From Candidatus Latescibacterota bacterium (GTDB lineage: Bacteria; Latescibacterota; UBA2968), in NCBI GenBank assembly GCA_965204375.1, contig OZ241986.1, positions 2,048,001 through 2,112,000 on the forward strand: a stretch of DNA of 64,000 nt, in the 5' to 3' direction. Under the pieces are notes generated by a model, which was not told the DNA's origin, did not search any database, and was given only the letters and a program-made list of their open reading frames with translations. The position numbers were made by a program, and so were the translations under genes. Shown piece by piece: positions 7,879 to 17,597 of the stretch (position 1 is the stretch's first letter; the number at the start of each line of letters is the position of its first letter).

Positions 7879-10800
7879 ATGCCTACCTTCCCCTTCAGTG
7901 AAAAACACCTCTCCCAGATCCCCGCCCTGCAACAGCTAATGAACCTGGGCTACCGGTATCTATCCCCTGACCAGGCGATGGTAGAACGCGGTGGTCGCGC
8001 CTCCAATGTGCTGCTGGAGAACATCTTGCGTGATCAGCTTAAAAAAATAAACCGCATTCATTACAAAGGCGACATGTATCTTTTCAGCGAAGAGAATATT
8101 CAATCCGCCATTCAGAAAATCAAAAATGTTCAATACGATGGCTTACAAAAAACAAACGAAGTGATATACGACCTGATAACACTTGGCACATCACTTGAAC
8201 AAACCATTGAGAGCGATTCCAAAAGTTATACCCTGAACTATATCGACTGGAAAAATCCCGCGAACAATGTATTTCACGCCACAGCAGAATTTTCCGTTGA
8301 ACGCTCCCGCAGCATGGAAACCGCAAGACCCGACATTGTACTGTTTGTGAATGGCATTCCCCTTGTCGTAATCGAATGCAAAGGCCCCGATGTAGATGTG
8401 GATCAGGCCATATCTCAAACAATCCGAAATCAAGGCGAAGAATATATCCCGAGACTCTTTATTTACGCGCAGTTATTATTGGCTATAAACAAAAATGAGG
8501 CGAAGTACGCAACGGTAGGAACTTCAAAGGCGTTCTGGAGCATTTGGGACGAAATGGAAGATTCTACTCACGAAGTAAATGCCAGCGTCAATAACCCCCT
8601 TTCTGCTGAAGACAAAGACGCCCTGTTTCGCGGCGATTTCGCCCTGGCACAACCACACTTTGCCGCACTTGAAAGCACAGGCGACCGACTGCTCACGGAA
8701 CAGGACAAATGTCTTTACAGTCTATGCCGTCCAGAGCGTCTATTGGAACTGATTTACGGCTTTATCGTCTTTGACCTTGGCATCAAAAAAATTGCCCGAT
8801 ACCAGCAGTTCTTTCTCGTCCGTTCCGCAGTAAAACGCATCAAACAGATAGATAATACGGGCCGTCGCCAGGGTGGCATTGTCTGGCACACACAGGGATC
8901 CGGAAAGTCCATCACAATGGTCATGCTCGCTCGTGCTCTGGCTCTGGACCTCGAGATGAACAACTCCCGAATGATTCTCGTTACAGACCGCAAAGACCTG
9001 GATAAACAACTCGGCAACACCTTTGCGGCATGTGGACTGATCATGGAACGAGCGACAACCGGACGAAATCTGGTTAAACACATCAAAAACAAAGTGGGCA
9101 TCATCACGACGCTGATCAATAAATTTGATACGGCACTTTCTGCCGAAAAATACGTTGATGATTCAGCGAATATTGTCGTCCTCGTAGATGAAAGCCACCG
9201 CACAAACTTCGGTTCTCTCGCAGCGCGCATGAGGCAGATGTTACCCAATGCTTGTTACATCGGCTTCACGGGCACGCCATTGATGAAAAAAGAGAAGAAC
9301 AGTTTTGTCAGATTTGGAGGTCTTATTGAACCGCATTACTCCGTGCGACAGGCGATAAAAGACAAGGCAGTGGTTCCCCTCCTTTACGAAGGTCGGCATG
9401 TAGAGATAGAGCAAAACGAAAACGCGGTTGATTTGTGGTTCGAACGCCATACGGTAAACCTGACAGACCAACAAAAAGCCGACTTGAAAAGAAAATATTC
9501 CCGTGCAGATGCACTCAACCAGGCAGACCAGGCCGTCTATATGCGCGCGTTTGACATAAGCACCCACTACCGCGTAAACTGGCAGGACACCCCATTTAAG
9601 GCGCAACTTGTAGCACCCAACAAAGCAACTGCCCTGAAGTATCGAGAATTTTTCAACGAGATAAATACTGTTTCATCGGAGGTCGTTATTTCTCCCCCGG
9701 ATACGCGAGAGGGACATGAGGAGGTAGGCGAAGAGACAGATGAGGTCAACGCATTCTGGAACACAATGATGGCCCGTTATGGTTCTGAGGATCAATACAA
9801 CAAGCAAATCATCGCACAGTTCAAACACGCGGACGAACCGGAAATTTTGATTGTAGTAGATAAACTCATCACCGGATTTGACGCACCTCGCAATACCGTG
9901 CTCTATCTGTGCCGCAAGTTGCGCGAACACACATTGCTCCAGGCCATTGCCCGGGTTAATCGCGTACACGAAAATAAGGAATTTGGCTATGTCGTCGATT
10001 ATGCCAATGTATTGGGTGAACTGGACAAAGCATTAGACGAATACGACGCGCTTGCGGATTTTGACGGAAAGGACCTCGCCGATGTCCTGGTCTCCATCCA
10101 GGAAGAAATACAAAAATTGCCGCAACGTTACTCAGACCTCTGGGACATATTCAAAGAAATTAAAAACTCTCGCGATGAAGAACGCTACGAAGTCCTGCTA
10201 TCCGATGACGCATTGCGGGAAGATTTTTATGAACGCCTCACGGAGTACGGCAAGACCCTTGCCATCGCGCTTTCATCTGAGCAGTTTATTATGCAGACCG
10301 ACGAGGCGCAACTCAAACGCTACAAAAGCGACCTCCTGCGTTTTGAGAAACTGAGAAAGGCTGTCAGACTGCGCTACGCCGAAGCCATTGATTACGGCGA
10401 CTATGACTCCAAAATTAAAAAGTTGCTAAACACGCATATTCAAGCAAACGAGGTCACCCAATTAAACGATCCCGTGGATATTTTTGATGACAATACCTTT
10501 CCTATGGTCAGAGAGGCGCAAGGCATTTATCGCACCCAAAACGCGGCGGCAAACGCCGATTATATCGCGCATGTCACCAAGCGCAAAATTATCGAAAATA
10601 TGGACAAAGACCCCGCTTTTTATGAGAAATTTTCAAAGCTCATTCAGGAGGCAATCGACGATTTCAGGCAGCAACGGATATTAGCCCTCGACTATCTGCA
10701 AAAGGTGAGAGATATTCGAGACAAGGTCGAAAACACACAACGCGACGATGTCCCCGATGAGATTCGCAATAACCGTGAAGCCTGTGCGTATTTTGGCGCA

Positions 10801-11073
10801 ATTAAACCTTGTTTGTCAAAAATTGATATAGATGAAAGCCAGACCGATGACATAGCAATAAAAACAACGCTTGCCATTCAATCTGCGATAGATAAAAATT
10901 GGAAGGTAGATTTTTGGAACGATAGCGACGCGCAAAATGACATAAAAAATGAGATGGATGACTTCTTCTACGATGTGGTGGAAGACGTATATGGCATTGA
11001 TTTATCGTCAGAGCAGATGGACGAAATGATCAGCCAAACAATGCAGATCGCCAAATTCTGGAGGCCCACTTAA
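7879..11073 (+). CDS. hsdR: Type I restriction endonuclease subunit R
   Basis: 1064 aa; PD..NGIPLVVIECK nuclease, WHTQGSGKS, DESH, GFTGTP, TGFDAP, QAIARVNR helicase motifs. Confidence 0.97.
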   Translation: MPTFPFSEKHLSQIPALQQLMNLGYRYLSPDQAMVERGGRASNVLLENILRDQLKKINRIHYKGDMYLFSEENIQSAIQKIKNVQYDGLQKTNEVIYDLITLGTSLEQTIESDSKSYTLNYIDWKNPANNVFHATAEFSVERSRSMETARPDIVLFVNGIPLVVIECKGPDVDVDQAISQTIRNQGEEYIPRLFIYAQLLLAINKNEAKYATVGTSKAFWSIWDEMEDSTHEVNASVNNPLSAEDKDALFRGDFALAQPHFAALESTGDRLLTEQDKCLYSLCRPERLLELIYGFIVFDLGIKKIARYQQFFLVRSAVKRIKQIDNTGRRQGGIVWHTQGSGKSITMVMLARALALDLEMNNSRMILVTDRKDLDKQLGNTFAACGLIMERATTGRNLVKHIKNKVGIITTLINKFDTALSAEKYVDDSANIVVLVDESHRTNFGSLAARMRQMLPNACYIGFTGTPLMKKEKNSFVRFGGLIEPHYSVRQAIKDKAVVPLLYEGRHVEIEQNENAVDLWFERHTVNLTDQQKADLKRKYSRADALNQADQAVYMRAFDISTHYRVNWQDTPFKAQLVAPNKATALKYREFFNEINTVSSEVVISPPDTREGHEEVGEETDEVNAFWNTMMARYGSEDQYNKQIIAQFKHADEPEILIVVDKLITGFDAPRNTVLYLCRKLREHTLLQAIARVNRVHENKEFGYVVDYANVLGELDKALDEYDALADFDGKDLADVLVSIQEEIQKLPQRYSDLWDIFKEIKNSRDEERYEVLLSDDALREDFYERLTEYGKTLAIALSSEQFIMQTDEAQLKRYKSDLLRFEKLRKAVRLRYAEAIDYGDYDSKIKKLLNTHIQANEVTQLNDPVDIFDDNTFPMVREAQGIYRTQNAAANADYIAHVTKRKIIENMDKDPAFYEKFSKLIQEAIDDFRQQRILALDYLQKVRDIRDKVENTQRDDVPDEIRNNREACAYFGAIKPCLSKIDIDESQTDDIAIKTTLAIQSAIDKNWKVDFWNDSDAQNDIKNEMDDFFYDVVEDVYGIDLSSEQMDEMISQTMQIAKFWRPT

Positions 11074-11783
11074 TGTCGGAAACTCAGTACGCCATCACAT
11101 ACGCGGGCGAATCCATTCCCTTTCATCTGAGTTATTCCAACAGGAAGTCTATCGAAATTGCCGTTCATCCAGATGGCTTAGTGACAGTAAAAGCACCACT
11201 GGAAACAGATAAAGATCTCATCGAGCGTCGCGTTTACAAGCGCGCGCGTTGGATAAGACGCCAGATCCGCTATTTCGCACAGTTTGACCCGCGGACTCCA
11301 GAGCGGCGGTTTGTCGGAGGTGAAAGCCACCTGTACCTGGGCAAAAAGTATCGGCTAAAGATAAGACAGGCCGAAACGGACAAGGTCTTGCTAAAACACG
11401 GTTTTTTTTACATCGCAACGGTTAATAACGAGCCAGAACATATCGCGATATTGCTTGAAGAATGGTACCGAAGCAAGGCGAATATTTATTTTTCAAAAGT
11501 GTTTGAAGAATGCTGGCGTCCCTTTCAAAAAAAAGAGGTGGATAAACCCACCCTCAAAATTCGCAATATGAAAACGCGCTGGGGCAGTTTGAGCAGCAGA
11601 GGCAGCCTGACATTGAATTTGGAACTCATCAAAGCACCCAGAGAATGTATTGAATACGTCGTTATCCACGAACTATGTCACCTGTTTCATCCCAATCACG
11701 GAGCAGAGTTTTATAACTTGCTTGAGCGCATGCTGCCCGATTGGATAAAACGAAAGCACAAATTGGAAATGGCACTGTCTTAG
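11073..11783 (+). CDS. M48/YgjP (DUF45) zinc metallopeptidase-like protein
   Basis: RWGS, YVVIHELCHL..NHG..F; 1-bp overlap (TAATG) with hsdR. Confidence 0.92.
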   Translation: MSETQYAITYAGESIPFHLSYSNRKSIEIAVHPDGLVTVKAPLETDKDLIERRVYKRARWIRRQIRYFAQFDPRTPERRFVGGESHLYLGKKYRLKIRQAETDKVLLKHGFFYIATVNNEPEHIAILLEEWYRSKANIYFSKVFEECWRPFQKKEVDKPTLKIRNMKTRWGSLSSRGSLTLNLELIKAPRECIEYVVIHELCHLFHPNHGAEFYNLLERMLPDWIKRKHKLEMALS

Positions 11784-11820
11784 AATCAGTTCTGAAGCCA
11801 CATCAAAAAGGACCCCTAAA

Positions 11821-12696
11821 ATGCTCACTCCAAATTGGAATATCCTCCCAAAAGAAACCATCCGGGAATTCGATGAAAAGGGCTGTCTAATTGTGCGCCG
11901 GGCACTCGATAAAAAAACGGTCGCACACCTTCTCGAAATATGCGACCGCCTCATCGATAGCGACAAAAAAACAAACCGACAAACGCGTGAGAATGGATAT
12001 TACGATGGCTTTCGCAACTGCATCGCCTTAGACGATGCCTTTTTGCCACTCCTCACACACCCCAAAATTTTCCCCATGGTCGTACAATTTCTCGGCGCGT
12101 ATCTTCACCTCACTACCTCACACCTGATATACAAACACCCCGACCCGCCCGGCACGCCTGATTTTGCTCGAGCACCAAACTGGCATCGCGATTACGGCCG
12201 CCTCAACAGCGACCTCCTGCACGCAGCCCCTCGGGGCATGCTCAAGTGCGCTTATTATCTCACGGATCTCACTGAACTCAATGCAGGCGCCACACTCGTC
12301 GTGCCCGGTAGCAATCTCTTGCGAGAACCTCTCGACATCCCCCCAAATGGCGACCCAGAAGGCGCATTAGAACCGCATCTCGAACCCGGAGACTGTCTCA
12401 TATTTGAAAACCGAACCTATCACGCTGGCGGTGTCAACCTATCCGACCAGACCCGCAAAGTCATCATGTTCGGTTATGGCTACCGATGGCTCGCCCCCAT
12501 AGATTACCGCGTACAATCCCAATCGCTATTGGCCAAACTCGATCCATTGGGCCAGTACCTCCTTGGCGAAACACTGGTCAAAACAGAAGAATATCAAACC
12601 AGCGGCGGAGAAACCCCGCTCAAACCCTGGTGCGAACAAAACAACCTGCCCCTCGTCAGACCACCAGTATGGCAAGAGGATCTCGCCCTTGCCTGA
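11821..12696 (+). CDS. Phytanoyl-CoA dioxygenase (PhyH) family 2OG-Fe(II) oxygenase
   Basis: WHRD, GAT.VVPGS, PGDCLIF..RTYHAGG.N.S..RK. Confidence 0.9.
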   Translation: MLTPNWNILPKETIREFDEKGCLIVRRALDKKTVAHLLEICDRLIDSDKKTNRQTRENGYYDGFRNCIALDDAFLPLLTHPKIFPMVVQFLGAYLHLTTSHLIYKHPDPPGTPDFARAPNWHRDYGRLNSDLLHAAPRGMLKCAYYLTDLTELNAGATLVVPGSNLLREPLDIPPNGDPEGALEPHLEPGDCLIFENRTYHAGGVNLSDQTRKVIMFGYGYRWLAPIDYRVQSQSLLAKLDPLGQYLLGETLVKTEEYQTSGGETPLKPWCEQNNLPLVRPPVWQEDLALA

Positions 12697-12703
12697 TTAC
12701 CAA

Positions 12704-14020
12704 TCACAACATGGTCAATTTTTGCGACAAATTTTCAACAGGTGTAAACACCCACTGTTTTCCAGCTTTTATCGCATTGAGCAATCCATGAGCCTGTAAA
12801 TTCAGCAAATCTGTACGTGCGGTCTGATAAACCACATTGTGGCTATTCTGGTGGCCATAGATTGTATATCGATGGCGGGGATGACGAAGTGCGTGACTCA
12901 AAAGTGCGCGTTGTCGATGATTGAACACGGCAGAATTTTTCAACACCTGATCAATACCTTCAAATAGTCGCGTTTTGCGTTTGATATATTGATGAAATAC
13001 ATCCACAGTTTGCTCAATAACGCGCAATTGATACAATATAAAATACGTCAAATCATTGTCATCCGTCTCAGTGTACAAAAAGGATCGGCTATATTTTGCG
13101 GGAGCCTTGCGCAAAATTTGGGAAATAGACAAAAACTTAAACAGCCCGTAGCCATTGTGTAGCATCGACCAGTAGAACAATGCGCGTGCGGTGCGTCCAT
13201 TGCCATCGACAAATGGGTGGTCATATCCCAACCAGAAATGCAACATAATCGCTCGAAGCGCCGGATGAATAAACCAATCTGGCGTTTTGCCATTGGCAAA
13301 ATCGCACATTGCCTGCAGGCGCTCGGGCAGTTCTTCGGCAGACGGCGGACGGTGCAAAACCTCACCAGTAACAAGATCGGCAACATGAACAGATTCTTTT
13401 GCATACCGAAAACGACCTATTCCCGAAGGATCGTCCAGAGTATCTTCCGTCACCAGGCGGTGCAGATGAAAAATCAGGTCTTGAGTTAAGGGCTGATCTT
13501 TCAACTCGCCAATTGCATTCATGGTGAGATAATTATTCAAAATCATCTGCTCACTGCGATTCTGTGGGACTCGTCCAGTGCGAAGCATTTCTCTGGCGAC
13601 CTGACGTGTGGTTGTGGCACCTTCGAGTTGGCTGGATGTAATGGCCTCTTCAATCAGTGAATCCACGAAGTAGATATTGGAGAACTCAGATGAGATAGCC
13701 TGTTCGAGCAGACCAGAAAAACCAGGCCTTCCCAGATCAATTTGATGCAAATACTTGAGAATAGGGTCTATAATCAAAACACGAAAAGGGATTCCCGAGC
13801 AATCGACAAGTGGGATTTCTTTCCACAATGCCCCACGGTATAGCTTAATGCCCAACCACCACTCGCGATGTGTCAGTCCTCCGGGGGGCGTTCGATATCG
13901 CAACTCATCCCAATGCAAGTAGTCAGACATATCTACTTCCGAAATCAAATGTGGAAGTCGTCCAACTTCCACATCGCGCATCAGATCATCAAAAGCTGGT
14001 GGTGTTTGAGGTCTTTTCAT
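12704..14020 (-). CDS. Fic family protein with a C-terminal HTH-like region
   Basis: Catalytic HPFVDGNGRTAR; inhibitory-type SSQLEG upstream; C-term VVYQTARTDLL.L; start 14020 (or 14050). Confidence 0.92.
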   Translation of the reverse strand: MKRPQTPPAFDDLMRDVEVGRLPHLISEVDMSDYLHWDELRYRTPPGGLTHREWWLGIKLYRGALWKEIPLVDCSGIPFRVLIIDPILKYLHQIDLGRPGFSGLLEQAISSEFSNIYFVDSLIEEAITSSQLEGATTTRQVAREMLRTGRVPQNRSEQMILNNYLTMNAIGELKDQPLTQDLIFHLHRLVTEDTLDDPSGIGRFRYAKESVHVADLVTGEVLHRPPSAEELPERLQAMCDFANGKTPDWFIHPALRAIMLHFWLGYDHPFVDGNGRTARALFYWSMLHNGYGLFKFLSISQILRKAPAKYSRSFLYTETDDNDLTYFILYQLRVIEQTVDVFHQYIKRKTRLFEGIDQVLKNSAVFNHRQRALLSHALRHPRHRYTIYGHQNSHNVVYQTARTDLLNLQAHGLLNAIKAGKQWVFTPVENLSQKLTML

Positions 14021-14021
14021 A

Positions 14022-14177
14022 ATCGCTGTCCATTCATATTGAATGCTCATACTAATCTCATACTAATATATGTAAATTTAGTATGAAAAGCTATCTATAC
14101 TTGTCCATATCGCTGTCCATTCATATTGAATGCTCATACTAATCTCATACTAATATATGTAAATTTAGTATGAAAAG
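14022..14177. repeat. Perfect 69-bp direct repeat (14022-14090, 14109-14177) containing TCATACTAA direct and inverted half-sites
   Basis: Read base by base; 87-bp period; lies between divergent fic and SDR genes. Confidence 0.95.
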
Positions 14178-14262
14178 TCACCCATACTTATTCATCAAAA
14201 TATGGGGTTTGGGCACAAAACGTCGTATATTGTGAAACATCAAAATAAAAAGGACTATATTA

Positions 14263-15108
14263 ATGAAATTACTCAAAGAAAAAGTAGCGATCATCACGGG
14301 TGGCGCAAGCGGCATTGGTCGTGCCACTGCTCGCCTCTTTGTCGAAGAAGGCGCGCAAGTCGTCATCGCAGACATCCAGGAAGATAAGGGTCAGACCGTC
14401 GCGAAAGAACTCGGCTCCAACGCCATCTTCCAGCACACCAATGTGAGCCGGGAACCCGATATCAGAGCGATGATTAACCTCGCGGTCTCGCACTTTGGAC
14501 GCCTGGATTGTCTCTTTAACAACGCCGGATACGGCGGTGTAGCGGGACCTGTTGAAGAAACATCCATGCGGGGTTTTGACAAAACCGTAAGCATTCTCCT
14601 GCGCGGCGTCTTCATGGGCATCAAACACGCGGCGCCCATAATGAAAAAACAGGGATCGGGCAGCATCATCAGCACGGGTTCCGTCGCCGGCCTTCGCACG
14701 GGCTATGCGCCGCATGTGTACAGCGCGTGTAAAGCCGCCGTCATACACCTCACCCGAACAACGGCAATGGAATTGGGACCTCACAACATCCGCGTCAACT
14801 GTATATGCCCTGGCGGCATTGCCACCCCCATATTTGCCCCGGCATTGGACCTCGCGCCCGAAGAATCTGACAAAGCATATCAACTCATGACCGAAAAACT
14901 CGCTGGTGGACAGCCCATTCACCGCGCGGGTCAACCCGAAGACATCGCACACGCAGCCCTCTATCTCGCCAGTGATCACGCCTCATTTGTCAACGGTCAC
15001 GCCCTCGTCGTCGATGGCGGCCTCATCGGCGGCCAAAAATGGGATAGATCCTGGATCGCCCGAGAAGGGCTTACGTCTGATGAGGACATACGTGAAGGAG
15101 GAGAATGA
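14263..15108 (+). CDS. Short-chain dehydrogenase/reductase
   Basis: TGGASGIG, NNAG, YSACK catalytic motif, IRVNCICPG. Confidence 0.95.
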   Translation: MKLLKEKVAIITGGASGIGRATARLFVEEGAQVVIADIQEDKGQTVAKELGSNAIFQHTNVSREPDIRAMINLAVSHFGRLDCLFNNAGYGGVAGPVEETSMRGFDKTVSILLRGVFMGIKHAAPIMKKQGSGSIISTGSVAGLRTGYAPHVYSACKAAVIHLTRTTAMELGPHNIRVNCICPGGIATPIFAPALDLAPEESDKAYQLMTEKLAGGQPIHRAGQPEDIAHAALYLASDHASFVNGHALVVDGGLIGGQKWDRSWIAREGLTSDEDIREGGE

Positions 15109-15109
15109 T

Positions 15110-16090
15110 ATGAACCGCATCTTAATCTCATTGGTCCTCATGCTCTTTATCGCTTGTGGCAGTGAACAAACCGGTCCGGAAGAGACAACCATTGCCGTCA
15201 TACCCAAAGGCACAACCCACGAGTTCTGGAAATCGATTCACGCAGGCGCAGTCAAAGCACAGCGCGAGTTAGACATAGAAATAATATGGAAGGGGCCACT
15301 CAAAGAAGACGACCGCGAAGACCAGATCGCACTCGTCGAAAATTTCATCTCTCGCGGCGTTTCGGGTATTGTGCTCGCGCCCCTTGACGACACCGCCCTT
15401 CGCGTACCCGTTGCCAATGCCGTAAGCAGCGGCATCCCGGTCGTCATTATCGACTCGGGCCTTCAAAGCGAAGACTTTGTATCCTTTGTCGCCACCGACA
15501 ATTATCGCGGAGGACACCTCGCAGGTGCCGACATGGCCCAACGCCTGAATCAAAAAGGCAAAGTCATCATGCTGCGTTATCAGGAAGGCTCTGCCAGCAC
15601 AATGAAACGCGAACAGGGATTCCTCGACGCAATAGGCGAGCATTCAGACATCGAGATCACCTCATCAAATCAACACGGCGGTGCCACCACAGAAAGCGCG
15701 TATCAAGCCAGCGAAAACTTGCTCGCCCCCTTGAAGGACGCAGATGGCAAACTCACCATCCAGGGCATCTTCTGTCCCAACGAATCCACCACATTTGGCA
15801 TGCTGCGCGCCCTGCAAGACGCGGGACTCGCCAGCAGTGTCATATTCATCGGCTTTGACAGCTCGGAAAAACTCGTCGAAGCCCTTGAAAACGACCAGAT
15901 CCACGGGCTTGTACTGCAAAATCCCTTTAGAATGGGCTACCTCGGTGTCAAAACCATGGTCGCACACCTCCAAAACCAACCCGTTGAAAAGCGCGTTGAC
16001 ACCGGCGTTGCCCTCGTCACCAAAGACAACATGAACAATCCAGATATCAAAGATGTATTGACGCCAGACCTGGATAAATGGCTTAAGTAA
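15110..16090 (+). CDS. Sugar ABC transporter substrate-binding lipoprotein (RbsB-like)
   Basis: Lipobox FIAC; IPKG..HEFW, VATDNY.GG, IGFD, QNP..MGY.GV; start moved from 14906, RBS AGGAGG. Confidence 0.92.
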   Translation: MNRILISLVLMLFIACGSEQTGPEETTIAVIPKGTTHEFWKSIHAGAVKAQRELDIEIIWKGPLKEDDREDQIALVENFISRGVSGIVLAPLDDTALRVPVANAVSSGIPVVIIDSGLQSEDFVSFVATDNYRGGHLAGADMAQRLNQKGKVIMLRYQEGSASTMKREQGFLDAIGEHSDIEITSSNQHGGATTESAYQASENLLAPLKDADGKLTIQGIFCPNESTTFGMLRALQDAGLASSVIFIGFDSSEKLVEALENDQIHGLVLQNPFRMGYLGVKTMVAHLQNQPVEKRVDTGVALVTKDNMNNPDIKDVLTPDLDKWLK

Positions 16091-16101
16091 ATGGAACAAA
16101 A

Positions 16102-17577
16102 ATGGTGAAAAAACTTTTCCGAATTGCAATAATTACCATCGCCATCCCTTCAATCGCCCTATCGCAGAACTTACCCGACCTGACCGCACTGAGCGAAACG
16201 ATTGAGCCACAGGTATCGTCAATTCGCTCGCTCAACTTTGTCCAGCCATATACAATACGCTATCAGACAAACGAGGAAATCACCGCATTCATAAACGATG
16301 AGTTCAATCAATCTGTACCGCTAATAATTCGTCAAAACTACGATCTATTAATCCGCGCCATTGGATTGCATCACGGTGGTGTTCCCTTCGACTTTGAAGC
16401 TATGAAAAGAACCTTGCAGGAACAGGTTGGAGCCTATTACGATCCCTCCACCCGTTCTGTCAACTTCCCGATAGGATCAATTTCCCCACAAGTGCTTCGA
16501 GTGATTATAGCACATGAACTCACGCATGTGCTACAGGACCAGCACTTTGGACTCGACCGCTTGCAAAACAGCGCGACAAACAGCGATCAATTATTAGCCC
16601 ATCAAGCTCTGGCCGAAGGGGACGCGACGCTGGTGGAATTCCTCTGGTCTTTTGATCGCGCAGGACAAGCGGTATCAGATGCAGAACTACAGCGAATCAT
16701 AAACAATATTATCAACACGGCCGTCAATGAAACGGACGAAATCCCTGATTTTCTATTTGAACAGCAAATTGGAATCTATTTCCGCGGAATGGCCTTTGTA
16801 TTTGAACTGAAAAAACGCGGAGGTTGGGCAACAGTGAATCGCGCGTACACCACTCCGCCAATGTCGATGGAACACATCCTCCATCCGGACAAATACTTCG
16901 CGGGGGAATCTATCGAGGAGATCGCACTTCCAGATTTGGCAAATGAATCCTTCGCAGGAAATTGGGAATTGCTGGATAGAGATACACTGGGCGAATTTGG
17001 TCTCAGAATCATCTTCAATACCTTTGATGTCAACACCCCATCACACGCAGCGGCCGCAGGCTGGCATGGCGACCAGTATGTCGTCCTCAAACACCGCCAG
17101 GATAATACACCCGCGCTCGTCCTGTTCACGACATGGGATACGGAACAGGACGCAACAGAGTTCAAAACTGCCTACGAAGACGTGCTCGCAATAAAACACC
17201 GTGGATCCACAGACTTCAAGATTGAGCAACAGGGGACAGATGTGTTAATCTCTGAGTCATCTCGGGATCTCGACCTGTTATTTGCGTACCTCGAAAAAGT
17301 TCGATTTACCCCCACGGTCGCACTCGAAATTTTCGATTTTGACGGCGATCACATAGTCGGCTTCTCGGACTTCCTCATGTTCGCCGCCCATTTTGGCAAG
17401 AATAGTTCTGACCCGGATTTTGACCAGCGATTCGACATCGATGCAGACGGTATGGTCGGCTTCACAGACTTCCTCGCATTCGCTTCTGCTTTTGGGAAAC
17501 AAATTACGCGCAACTCAAAACCCGCTGTAGTGATTGACCCACACATTATCCACCGCACGTTGGGATTTGTCCGATAA
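16102..17577 (+). CDS. Secreted zincin-like metallopeptidase with C-terminal dockerin-like EF-hand pair
   Basis: Signal peptide; HELTHVLQDQ..ALAEGDAT; DFDGDHIVGFSDF and DIDADGMVGFTDF. Confidence 0.8.
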   Translation: MVKKLFRIAIITIAIPSIALSQNLPDLTALSETIEPQVSSIRSLNFVQPYTIRYQTNEEITAFINDEFNQSVPLIIRQNYDLLIRAIGLHHGGVPFDFEAMKRTLQEQVGAYYDPSTRSVNFPIGSISPQVLRVIIAHELTHVLQDQHFGLDRLQNSATNSDQLLAHQALAEGDATLVEFLWSFDRAGQAVSDAELQRIINNIINTAVNETDEIPDFLFEQQIGIYFRGMAFVFELKKRGGWATVNRAYTTPPMSMEHILHPDKYFAGESIEEIALPDLANESFAGNWELLDRDTLGEFGLRIIFNTFDVNTPSHAAAAGWHGDQYVVLKHRQDNTPALVLFTTWDTEQDATEFKTAYEDVLAIKHRGSTDFKIEQQGTDVLISESSRDLDLLFAYLEKVRFTPTVALEIFDFDGDHIVGFSDFLMFAAHFGKNSSDPDFDQRFDIDADGMVGFTDFLAFASAFGKQITRNSKPAVVIDPHIIHRTLGFVR

Positions 17578-17597
17578 AGCGGTCAGGCACATCCTCT

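Noticed and set aside
14022-14177. CRISPR array
   Set aside because: Only two 69-bp copies with an 18-bp gap and no cas genes.
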